Shown: one piece after another, positions 27,557 to 36,230 of the stretch
Numbering within the stretch: the stretch's first letter is position 1
Layout: each line of letters opens with the position of its first letter
NCBI GenBank assembly: GCA_035353995.1
Contig: DAOQAL010000001.1
Coordinates: 70,867 to 134,866 of the forward strand
Direction: 5' to 3'
From: Minisyncoccota bacterium
Lineage (GTDB): Bacteria > Patescibacteriota > Minisyncoccia > Phycocordibacterales > UBA9973
Length of the DNA: 64,000 bases
Notes under the pieces: generated by a model
Databases searched by the model: none
Seen by the model: only the letters and a program-made list of their open reading frames with translations
Told to the model about the DNA's origin: nothing
Translations under genes and position numbers: made by a program

Positions 27557-30082
27557 TTATTTTACTCTAAAGTTAGAAATTATTTCTGTATTATTGTAAG
27601 CAGTATCATATGCTATGATTCTTATTTCATTTAAATCTTTTAGATTATTTAGTTCAGAAGGAATAAAAGAAAAAATGAAAGGATATTTTGATGTTCCTAT
27701 ATAGGTGTCATTTATAAATATATCAATTTTTTGAAGTGGTAGACTGCTAAAGTTTTGAACTTGTACTTGAATTTTTTCATTTTCTGCATATATTGTTGAA
27801 GTATTTGGTTCTACTATTGATATTCTTGGTTTTGAATTCTCAGTATGTATATCATCTGTGCCTATTGGTTTACTTGCTAATGTTGTAATTGCATATTTAT
27901 AACTATTTTGAGCCCACCAGTTTTGAATTGGTATTTCCCAATGATTAAATTGTGGATCATCACTTGGATTTGATGGTGAAGGTCCTAATATATCTTTTTT
28001 ATTTACCCAATATAATATAGTGTGAACATTTGTTATTACTTTTTCTTGTTTTGTTTCTTTTGGTGTGAATGCAGTAGCGAGTTTCCCAGAAATTTTATCT
28101 ATGAAGAAATTATCATTTCCTTGCCAAAATCCTCTCAATGCTGGTTTCACTGTTTCTGGATTAGCATAAAGATTTGGTTCTTCGAATTTTTCATTAGGCA
28201 TAGTTTTTAATGCTTCATTCATAAATTTATTCCAAATAGGTCCAGCAACAGCCGAGCCTCCTTTTTTCATTGGTTTATTGTCATTATTTCCTGCCCATAC
28301 ACCAACAACGATAGATGGTGTGTATCCCATGGTCCAAGCATCTTTATTATTATTTGTTGTTCCAGTTTTTGCTGCAACATCTCTTCCTGCTATTACTAAT
28401 GGAGAATTTGCACCAAATGTTGGTGTTCGTGCAACATTATCAGACAAAACATCTGAAATAGTTAGAGCAACATTCTTAGTTAATACTTCTCTTGTATTTT
28501 GTTTATATTCTTCTAGAACTTTTCCTTTTTCTGTTTCTACTTTTAGAATTCCTGTATATGGATTTCTTTGTCCATTATTTGCAAAAACTCCATAAGCTGA
28601 TGTCATATCAAGTAATGAAACTTCTCCACCTCCTATTACAAGAGTAAGTCCATATCTACTAATATCTGAAAGTGTACTTATTCCCATATCCTCTGCTGTT
28701 TTTAAGGAGTCTGAAAGTCCAGCTAGATAAAATAATTTTACTGCTATAACGTTTATTGATTGTCCTAATGCATCTCGTAAAGTCATTGGGCCACGAAATT
28801 TTCCATCATAATTGTCTGGCATATAACAACTTGATTGGCTATGGCCAGCTAAAGCCTTACCATAAGCGCTACAGGTTGTTTGGAACTCTGTTGGTAAGTC
28901 AAACAGTACTGTGTCTGGTGTAAAACCTTTACTGAAGGCTGTAGCGTAAATAAAAGGCTTAAAAGATGAACCCGGTTGTCTTTTTGCTGTTGCAACATTA
29001 AAATTCCCGTCTATGTTTTTATCGAAATAATCTCTTGAACCTACCATTGTGAGAATTTGTCCAGTTTTAGGATCTATTGCTACAAGACTAGCATTTGAAC
29101 CATTCCATTTTGTTTCATTTTCCAATGCTCCAGCCTTAACAAATTCTTCTGCTTTTGCTTCTAAGTTATAATCCAATGTAGTCGTTACTTTTAGTCCACC
29201 ATTTTCTACAAGATCTACTCCGTATTTTTCTTCTAAATAATTTTTTATAAAGAAAACAAAATGTGGAGCTTTTATATTTGCAGTCGCTTGAGGTAGGAAT
29301 GTTACGATTTCAGTTTTTGCTTTATTGTAGTCTTCCTGAGAGATAAATTTATTTTCTAGCATTCTTAAAAGTACATAATTTTTTCTATTTTCTAATTTAT
29401 CTTTGTTTTTTCCATAAGGAGAAAGAGAAGTAGGAGATTGTGGAATAGCAGCTAAGTAAGCTGATTCAGCTAATGTTAAATCTTGTGCTTTTTTTCCAAA
29501 ATATGTTTTAGATGCTTCCTCTATACCATAAATTGTTCCACCGTATGGTGCTTCGTTTAAATAAGCTTCCAGAATTTTTTCTTTTGTCATAGAATTGTCT
29601 ATCTTTATTGCAAGTATCCACTCTTTAAATTTTCTTCCTATTGTTTTTTTTGAAGTAAGTAATGTATTTTTTACAAGTTGTTGAGTTATTGTTGATCCTC
29701 CTTGAGTTTTTCCAAGATTTAATGCATTTGATATTACCGCTCTTATTATAGAAGTAACTCTTATACCGCTATGATTATAAAATTCAGCATCTTCTATCGC
29801 TACAGTTGCATTTTTTATATTTGAACCCATTGCATCAAAATCAATATTTGTTCTTTTAACATCTTGATGTATGTCGTATAAAAGTATTTCTCCTGTTCTA
29901 TCATAAATTTTTGTTGAACTAACAACTTTTCTATCTTCAAAAGAATGAAAATCAGGAATTCTGATAGAGGAAATCCAAATTATTAAAATTCCAACTATTA
30001 ATATGCCAGCTCCAATCAAAAACAAGCTTCTGTTATGTTTTGATGTCTTATTTTTTAGTCTTTTAATCATAATGTTAATCAT
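27557..30082 (-). CDS. Class A penicillin-binding protein (transglycosylase + transpeptidase) with C-terminal extension
   Basis: Glycosyltransferase motifs EDAEFYNHSGI and GGSTITQQLVKN. Transpeptidase motifs SSFKPF, SxN and KTGTT. N-terminal TM anchor. Confidence 0.9.
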   Translation of the reverse strand: MINIMIKRLKNKTSKHNRSLFLIGAGILIVGILIIWISSIRIPDFHSFEDRKVVSSTKIYDRTGEILLYDIHQDVKRTNIDFDAMGSNIKNATVAIEDAEFYNHSGIRVTSIIRAVISNALNLGKTQGGSTITQQLVKNTLLTSKKTIGRKFKEWILAIKIDNSMTKEKILEAYLNEAPYGGTIYGIEEASKTYFGKKAQDLTLAESAYLAAIPQSPTSLSPYGKNKDKLENRKNYVLLRMLENKFISQEDYNKAKTEIVTFLPQATANIKAPHFVFFIKNYLEEKYGVDLVENGGLKVTTTLDYNLEAKAEEFVKAGALENETKWNGSNASLVAIDPKTGQILTMVGSRDYFDKNIDGNFNVATAKRQPGSSFKPFIYATAFSKGFTPDTVLFDLPTEFQTTCSAYGKALAGHSQSSCYMPDNYDGKFRGPMTLRDALGQSINVIAVKLFYLAGLSDSLKTAEDMGISTLSDISRYGLTLVIGGGEVSLLDMTSAYGVFANNGQRNPYTGILKVETEKGKVLEEYKQNTREVLTKNVALTISDVLSDNVARTPTFGANSPLVIAGRDVAAKTGTTNNNKDAWTMGYTPSIVVGVWAGNNDNKPMKKGGSAVAGPIWNKFMNEALKTMPNEKFEEPNLYANPETVKPALRGFWQGNDNFFIDKISGKLATAFTPKETKQEKVITNVHTILYWVNKKDILGPSPSNPSDDPQFNHWEIPIQNWWAQNSYKYAITTLASKPIGTDDIHTENSKPRISIVEPNTSTIYAENEKIQVQVQNFSSLPLQKIDIFINDTYIGTSKYPFIFSFIPSELNNLKDLNEIRIIAYDTAYNNTEIISNFRVK

Positions 30083-30109
30083 ACCAGAAAATGTGTTATA
30101 ATCCAGGAG

Positions 30110-31303
30110 ATGTCACATATAATAATTGACGAAAAGAGAATAAATAATCTATTAGAAAGAGGAGTTGAGGATATTTTTGTTAAGGAAAATCTAAAGAAAA
30201 AGCTTATGTCTGGTAAACAACTTAGAATAAAGCTTGGTTTTGACCCAACTGGTTCAAAAATTCATATTGGACGTGCTATTGTTTTGCGTAAATTAAGAGA
30301 ATTTCAAGATTTAGGACATAAGATCTTCTTTATAGTTGGTGATTTTACAGCTCAAGTTGGTGATCCTTCAGATAAGTTGGAAAAACGCCCAATGCTTAAG
30401 AAAGAACAAATAAAAGAAAACTTAAAGACATATAAAAAACAAGTAGGTAAAATTATTGACCTTAAAAAAGTTAAATTTTGTTACAACAGTAAATGGCTTA
30501 AGAAATTAGACTTTCAAGAAATTTCTGAACTAGCTGAAAGTTTTTCTGTTCAACAAATGTCTGCTCGTAGAAATTTTAAAGATAGAATTGAAAAAGGGGA
30601 CGAAGTGTCATTACGTGAATTTTTATATCCATTAATGCAGGGTTATGATTCTGTTGCTATAAAAGCTGATGTAGAAATTGGTGGTTTTGATCAGCTTTTT
30701 AATTTAAAAGCAGGAAGAGTAATTCAAAAACATTATGGTCAGAACGAGCAAGATGTATTAACATGCCAAATGTTAGAAGGAACAGATGGACGTAAGATGT
30801 CTACATCTTGGGGCAATATAGTAACAATAGTTGATGAATCAAATGATATGTTTGGCAAGTTGATGGCTGTTCATGATTCATTAATAACAAAATATTTTAA
30901 ATTATGTACTGATACAGATTTATCTGAAATATTAAAAATGGATAATGATATAAAAGAAGGCAAAGTAAATCCGCGTGATTTAAAGATGAAACTTGCTTAT
31001 GAAATAGTAAAAATTTATCACGGAGAAAAAAAAGCAAAAGAAGCAGAAGAAAATTTTATTAAAACTTTTCAAAAAAAAGAGATACCAGATAATTTGGAAG
31101 AAATAAAAGCTGATCATGGTTTGGGGAATACATTAGTTATAAATAAAATTGTTAGTTCTATGAGTGAATACCGTCGTTTAATTGAAGAAGGAGCAATAAA
31201 AAAACTTTCTGACAACAAAGAAGCAAAAATTACTGATACTAAGGCTGAAGCAGATAAAGGAATTTATAAAGTTGGCAAAAGGAGGTTTGTAAAAATTATT
31301 TAA
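30110..31303 (+). CDS. tyrS: Tyrosyl-tRNA synthetase
   Basis: Class I HIGH-like KIHIGRA, TyrRS-specific GDFTAQVGDPSDK, KMSTS, and C-terminal S4 domain. Confidence 0.85.
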   Translation: MSHIIIDEKRINNLLERGVEDIFVKENLKKKLMSGKQLRIKLGFDPTGSKIHIGRAIVLRKLREFQDLGHKIFFIVGDFTAQVGDPSDKLEKRPMLKKEQIKENLKTYKKQVGKIIDLKKVKFCYNSKWLKKLDFQEISELAESFSVQQMSARRNFKDRIEKGDEVSLREFLYPLMQGYDSVAIKADVEIGGFDQLFNLKAGRVIQKHYGQNEQDVLTCQMLEGTDGRKMSTSWGNIVTIVDESNDMFGKLMAVHDSLITKYFKLCTDTDLSEILKMDNDIKEGKVNPRDLKMKLAYEIVKIYHGEKKAKEAEENFIKTFQKKEIPDNLEEIKADHGLGNTLVINKIVSSMSEYRRLIEEGAIKKLSDNKEAKITDTKAEADKGIYKVGKRRFVKII

Positions 31304-31320
31304 AAATAAAAGTAAATAAA

Positions 31321-31348
31321 AAGTCCCGCATTTCGCGGGACTTTTTAT
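31321..31348. terminator. Bidirectional rho-independent terminator
   Basis: GTCCCGC-ATTTC-GCGGGAC hairpin with flanking A-run and T-run. Lies between tyrS (+) and a small minus-strand ORF. Confidence 0.6.
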
Positions 31349-31513
31349 TTAGATGTTTTCTGGTTCTTCCAACTCTTCTTCATCGTCACTGAATTTAAAA
31401 CCATCGTTGTCGTCAAATGATTCATCTTCTTCTATAGGTTCATCTAGTGCATCATCAGCACTTGGATTGAATCCTGAATCATTTAACGAGTCTTCTTGTT
31501 CTTCGTAATCCAT
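31349..31513 (-). CDS. Small highly acidic protein (54 aa)
   Basis: Manual translation MDYEEQEDSLNDSGFNPSADDALDEPIEEDESFDDNDGFKFSDDEEELEEPENI. Below the ORF-track size cutoff. Upstream of ruvC on the same strand. Confidence 0.35.
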   Translation of the reverse strand: MDYEEQEDSLNDSGFNPSADDALDEPIEEDESFDDNDGFKFSDDEEELEEPENI

Positions 31514-31615
31514 TAGAATTATTTAAATTTTATTAAAACGACCAATTAATAATTTATTATTTTCTATTTTGTACCAAAATATAAACTACTTAGCAATAAA
31601 ATATGTGGATAACTT

Positions 31616-32089
31616 TTATTTAATGTGGGCAAGTGCAGTTAATGCAATAGCAATTGCGTCCAATTCATCGTCTGAAGTTTTAGAATTGTCTATTTTAACA
31701 AGTATTTTTACCATTTTAATTATTTGTTCTTTGTCAGCTCTACCGTATCCTGTTGTTGCCATTTTTATTTGTGGAGGAGAAGCTTCAAAAATTTTTAAAC
31801 CTGCATTTTTGCATTCATATATTACGACGCCTCGTGCTTCTGCAACTTTCATAACCGTTTTTTGATTTGTGTTTAGAAAAAGTGTTTCAATAGATAAAAT
31901 TTCAGGCTTGTATTTTTTTATAACACTTTTTATTTCTTCTCCAATTAGTTTTAATCTTTCAGAAAAATCTAAACTGGACTTTGTCTTAAAACATTCGGAG
32001 TATAATACTTCTTCTTTATTTGTTTTATTTTTCTCAAGGACTGCCACTCCCAATCTTTCATACCCTGGATCAATTCCTAAAATTCTCAT
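31616..32089 (-). CDS. ruvC: Holliday junction resolvase RuvC
   Basis: MRILGIDPGYERLGVAVLE N-terminus and catalytic acidic residues. Confidence 0.9.
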   Translation of the reverse strand: MRILGIDPGYERLGVAVLEKNKTNKEEVLYSECFKTKSSLDFSERLKLIGEEIKSVIKKYKPEILSIETLFLNTNQKTVMKVAEARGVVIYECKNAGLKIFEASPPQIKMATTGYGRADKEQIIKMVKILVKIDNSKTSDDELDAIAIALTALAHIK

Positions 32090-32104
32090 ATTTAAATTTT
32101 ATCA

Positions 32105-32641
32105 CTATTCAGCGTTAGTATAAACATCTTGAACGTCGTCTAGTTCTTCAAGTTCATCAATAACTTTTTCTAATAATTCTAAATCAGTATCAGAAAGAGG
32201 AATTGTTGTATTTGGTTTCCAAATTAAACCCTCAGGTGTTTTTTCTTTTACAAAAGACCAAACAACGGAACCAATTCCAGCCAAAGCAAAACCATTTTTT
32301 GAAAGTATATGTTTTATTTCTTGTGCAGTTCTATTTTTACTATCAGTGAGAGTTTCTATAATTATTCCAGCTCCTCCTGGCCCATAAGTTTCATAAGTAA
32401 TAGATTCCATACTTGCACCAGGTTCTGATGCTTTTTTTATTGCTCTTTCTATATTTTCTGATGGCATATTAACTTTTTTTGCTTTTTCTATTGCTGCACG
32501 TAAGCCTGGAGATTCTTTTCCTCCTGATAATTTTGCTTCAACTGCAATATAACGCACAAGCTTAGAAAAGATTTTGCTCTTTTTAGAATCTGTAATCGCT
32601 TTTTTATGTTTAATTTGTGCCCATTTATTATGTCCTGACAT
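32105..32641 (-). CDS. yebC: YebC/PmpR family DNA-binding regulator
   Basis: Start set at the conserved MSGHNKWAQIKHKKA. The longer listed ORF would overlap ruvB. Confidence 0.8.
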   Translation of the reverse strand: MSGHNKWAQIKHKKAITDSKKSKIFSKLVRYIAVEAKLSGGKESPGLRAAIEKAKKVNMPSENIERAIKKASEPGASMESITYETYGPGGAGIIIETLTDSKNRTAQEIKHILSKNGFALAGIGSVVWSFVKEKTPEGLIWKPNTTIPLSDTDLELLEKVIDELEELDDVQDVYTNAE

Positions 32642-32645
32642 ATTT

Positions 32646-33695
32646 TTATAAAAGTTTTTTTTGTAATCCTTCTGGTACTTCAATATCTAAATGCTCATAT
32701 GCTTTTTGTGTGGCAACTCTACCTCTCGCTGTTCTTTCTAAAAGTCCAAGTTGAATTAAATATGGTTCTACTACTTCTTCTAAAGTAGCTTCTTCTTCTG
32801 ACATTGCAGCTGCCATTGTTTTTAGTCCAACTGGTCCTCCATTAAATTTTTTAATTAAAATTTCTAAAAATTTTCTATCAGATTTATTTAACCCTATTTC
32901 ATCAATGGAAAGCATTTCAAGAGCTTCGCTTACTGTATCTTTATCAAGCCCTCTTTTATTTACTTGTGCATAATCTCTGCATCTTTTTAAAAAATAATTT
33001 GCTGTTCTAGGTGTAAAGCGACTTCTTTTTGCTATTTCCTTTAATCCATTTTCTTCTAACTCTGTTTCAAGAAGTTTACTAGATCTTTTTATTATTTGAG
33101 CAATTTCTTCATTTGAATAAAATTCTAAACGAAATACTCCTCCAGAGAAACGTGATCGTAAAGGTGATGATACAAGTGCTACTCTTGTCGTGGCTGCAAT
33201 CAATGTGAATGGTGGCAAATCTAATTGAATTGTTCTTGCTGATGGACCTTTGCCGATTATAATATCAAGCACGCCAGATTCCATAGCTGGATAAAGAATT
33301 TCTTCTACCATTTTATTTAGTCTATGTATCTCATCTATGAAAAGGATATCCCCAGGTGATAGGTTTGTTAAAATAGAGGCTAAATCACCAACTTTTTCAA
33401 TTGCTGGACCTGATGTGATCTTCATTTGTTTTCCTGTTTCGTGTGCTATAAGGTGTGCCAGTGTGGTTTTTCCAAGTCCTGGCGGTCCATAAAATAAAAT
33501 ATGTTCTGGTATATGCCCGCGTTCTTCTGCTGCACGTAATAGTATTTTTACGTTGTCTTTTATATGTTTTTGGCCGATATATTCATCCCAATGGGTTGGA
33601 CGAAGGGTTTGATCTAGGAAGGAATCATCACCATTTTCTGTTTTTTTTGTTTCGCTTTTCATTTTGTATTTTGTATTATATATCGATTGTTTCAA
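32646..33695 (-). CDS. ruvB: Holliday junction branch-migration ATPase RuvB
   Basis: Walker A GPPGLGKTTLA, Walker B FIDEIHRL, sensor and winged-helix C-terminus. Confidence 0.9.
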   Translation of the reverse strand: MKQSIYNTKYKMKSETKKTENGDDSFLDQTLRPTHWDEYIGQKHIKDNVKILLRAAEERGHIPEHILFYGPPGLGKTTLAHLIAHETGKQMKITSGPAIEKVGDLASILTNLSPGDILFIDEIHRLNKMVEEILYPAMESGVLDIIIGKGPSARTIQLDLPPFTLIAATTRVALVSSPLRSRFSGGVFRLEFYSNEEIAQIIKRSSKLLETELEENGLKEIAKRSRFTPRTANYFLKRCRDYAQVNKRGLDKDTVSEALEMLSIDEIGLNKSDRKFLEILIKKFNGGPVGLKTMAAAMSEEEATLEEVVEPYLIQLGLLERTARGRVATQKAYEHLDIEVPEGLQKKLL

Positions 33696-33704
33696 GCAGG
33701 GGAC

Positions 33705-33733
33705 TTGACATTTATATTGCTTTGTGATATACT
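33705..33733 (+). promoter_or_regulatory. Near-consensus sigma-70-type promoter with no downstream protein gene on the + strand
   Basis: TTGACA (33705-33710), 17-nt spacer, TATACT (33728-33733). The next plus-strand CDS is 2 kb away. Confidence 0.35.
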
Positions 33734-33984
33734 CTAGTAAAGTTAATTATCAACACGATATTCACATTATAACATTTGCTTGTTTTTGAATATAGTATAA
33801 TCAACAATACATAGAAATTGGTGTTTCAAGAAGGCATTAATCTCTAAGCAATCAGCCACAGGTTATATAGGTTTGCGTAGGACGTTCTGGTACTTTTTAA
33901 GTTTTCTGGGGCCATCCTTCAAGAGCTTGTTACTTTTTGGGTTTAGCTCGAAAAGGATTGTTTGGAGATTAATGCTTTTTTATT

Positions 33985-35682
33985 TTATTCCTCAGTTAAA
34001 TCAACAACACTTTGAACTTCTTCAAATGAAGTAATACCGTTGATTATTTTTACCATGCCATCTTGTCGCATGGAAAGTATTCCTTGATTTTTTGCTATTC
34101 TTTTTATTTCACGCTCAGAAGGATTTTGTGGAATTATTTTTTCTATTGCTTCATCTGTTTTAATTGCTTCAAAAATACCTATTCTTCCTTTAAAACCTGT
34201 CATGTTACATTTTTCACAACCAACAGGCATATAAATTTTAAATGGTGCATTAGGATCTATATTGTATTTAGAAAGATCTTTTCCTTCCTCTTTTATACTG
34301 TCTATAACATTTTTCATAGTTGTAACTTCTTTTTCATCTGGTATTTTTTCTTTTTTACAAAATTGACAAAGTTTTCTAACAAGACGTTGTGCAATGGAAA
34401 GAGATAATGCAGATACCATTATTTTTGGATTAGCTTCCAAGTCTATTAGACGAGGGATAACACCAGCGGCATTATTTGTGTGCAATGTTGAAAAGACCAT
34501 ATGTCCTGTGAGGGCTGATTCTATGGCAATTTTTGCTGTTTCTGCATCTCGTATTTCTCCAACCATCACTACATCAGGATCTTGACGAAGTGCTGAGCGC
34601 AATCCTTCTAAGAATGTATAACCCTTTTCTTCATTTGTTTGTGTTTGTGTAATTCCAGGCAAATGGTATTCAATAGGGTCTTCAATTGTAATTATTTTTA
34701 TTTCAGTTGAATATATTTTTCTTAAAAATGCATAAAGGGTAGTGGTTTTACCAGATCCTGTAGGTCCTGTAATCAATATTAAACCATTTGGTTTTGTTAT
34801 TTCTTCTTGTATTATTGAAAAAAGAAATGGTTCGATTCCAATTTCCTCCAAATTTACTTGAATAGATTTTGGATCCAAAATACGCATTACTATAGATTCT
34901 CCATATGCTCCAGGAATCATAGATGAACGGATACTAATTTCTTCTGCTCCTTCGGCTATACTAAAACGTCCATCTTGTGCAACAACAGATGTTAATTTCA
35001 TTCCAGACAATAATTTTATTCTTGAATTAAGTAAATGATAAATATCGTGCTCGAAAAACATTACATCTTGAAGCACACCATCCAAACGCAAACGTAATCT
35101 ACTCATATCTTTTTCAGCTTCTATGTGAATATCAGAAGCCTTAATGGAAATAGCACCAGCTAATATTATTTCAAGTATATGTGATACTTTATGTGTTTGG
35201 CTTCCTTCCATTGCTTCTTTTATTAATTTTTCTATATCCTGCATTTTTTCAATGTTCTTTGCTGTATCTCTTAAAATTTCAGATGAAATTTCTATTCCTC
35301 CAACTTTTGAACTTTCTGCCATTGATATTTCTTTATATCTTTCCCAAATTTTATTAACACTATAATGAGATGCCATATAAAAAAGAGGAGTAAGATCTTT
35401 TCTTGCCATTTCCTCTTTTAATTTTGAAAGTAAGTCCTCAGATGGTGAAAGTATAGCTATGTAAATATTTTTTCCAGAAAGCTTGAATGGTCCAACTTTA
35501 AGATCGCGTGCATCTTTTTCTGATATTGCGCGTAATGACTCATTGTCTATTCCTAATCGTGACATATCAACGTAGGGTAGGCCATACTTTGACTCAGCAA
35601 GAACTTGAACTAATTGTTCTTCTTCTTGCTTGCGTAATTCTTCTAATTGTTTTTGTTGTTTTTCTTCATCAAAGTCTGTCAT
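33985..35682 (-). CDS. pilB: Type IV pilus / type II secretion assembly ATPase PilB/GspE family
   Basis: Walker A GPTGSGKTTTLYA, Asp/His boxes, and C-terminal CxxC...CxxC zinc motif (CQFCKK...CEKC). Confidence 0.85.
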   Translation of the reverse strand: MTDFDEEKQQKQLEELRKQEEEQLVQVLAESKYGLPYVDMSRLGIDNESLRAISEKDARDLKVGPFKLSGKNIYIAILSPSEDLLSKLKEEMARKDLTPLFYMASHYSVNKIWERYKEISMAESSKVGGIEISSEILRDTAKNIEKMQDIEKLIKEAMEGSQTHKVSHILEIILAGAISIKASDIHIEAEKDMSRLRLRLDGVLQDVMFFEHDIYHLLNSRIKLLSGMKLTSVVAQDGRFSIAEGAEEISIRSSMIPGAYGESIVMRILDPKSIQVNLEEIGIEPFLFSIIQEEITKPNGLILITGPTGSGKTTTLYAFLRKIYSTEIKIITIEDPIEYHLPGITQTQTNEEKGYTFLEGLRSALRQDPDVVMVGEIRDAETAKIAIESALTGHMVFSTLHTNNAAGVIPRLIDLEANPKIMVSALSLSIAQRLVRKLCQFCKKEKIPDEKEVTTMKNVIDSIKEEGKDLSKYNIDPNAPFKIYMPVGCEKCNMTGFKGRIGIFEAIKTDEAIEKIIPQNPSEREIKRIAKNQGILSMRQDGMVKIINGITSFEEVQSVVDLTEE

Positions 35683-35740
35683 ATAGTATAAAGTATAGCT
35701 TATTTTTAATTTAAACCAAAGAGTATGCTAATATTTAAAA

Positions 35741-36211
35741 ATGCAGAAGATTTCAAAAAATATTGAAGAAACAAGAGAAATAGCAGAAGATTTTTTTTCT
35801 AAATTAAAACCTATAAAAAATCAAGCAACTATTGTTTGTCTTTTTGGTGATCTTGGGGCTGGAAAGACTGCTTTTACTCAATCTGTGGCCAAAAATCTGG
35901 GAATTAAAAGAAAAGTAGCAAGTCCGACTTTTGTCATTATGAAAAATTATGAACTGCCAAACAATACTATTCGTAAAAACTTTTCTGAGTCGTCTTTTTT
36001 TGAACATTTTATCCATATAGATGCGTATCGTTTAAAAAATGAAAAAGAGTTATTGCAATTAGGCTTTGAAGGTGTCATTTCAAATCCTAAAAATTTAGTT
36101 TTTATAGAATGGCCGGAAAATATAAAAAAAGCATTACCTAAAAAACATTACAAAATTGAGATTTCTCATACTAAAGAAGGACATAGAAAATTCAAGATAA
36201 AAAACTTTTGA
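35741..36211 (+). CDS. tsaE: tRNA t6A37 biosynthesis ATPase TsaE (YjeE)
   Basis: P-loop GDLGAGKTAF; 156 aa. Confidence 0.75.
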   Translation: MQKISKNIEETREIAEDFFSKLKPIKNQATIVCLFGDLGAGKTAFTQSVAKNLGIKRKVASPTFVIMKNYELPNNTIRKNFSESSFFEHFIHIDAYRLKNEKELLQLGFEGVISNPKNLVFIEWPENIKKALPKKHYKIEISHTKEGHRKFKIKNF

Positions 36212-36230
36212 AATGTTATAATTTAACACA

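Noticed and set aside
31569-32123. Plus-strand ORFs 31569-31865 and 31869-32123
   Set aside because: They are antisense to ruvC, which is strongly supported.
32642-32683. N-terminal extension of the yebC ORF (MKYQKDYKKNFYKN)
   Set aside because: It would overlap the ruvB stop. The YebC family starts at the conserved MSGHNKW.
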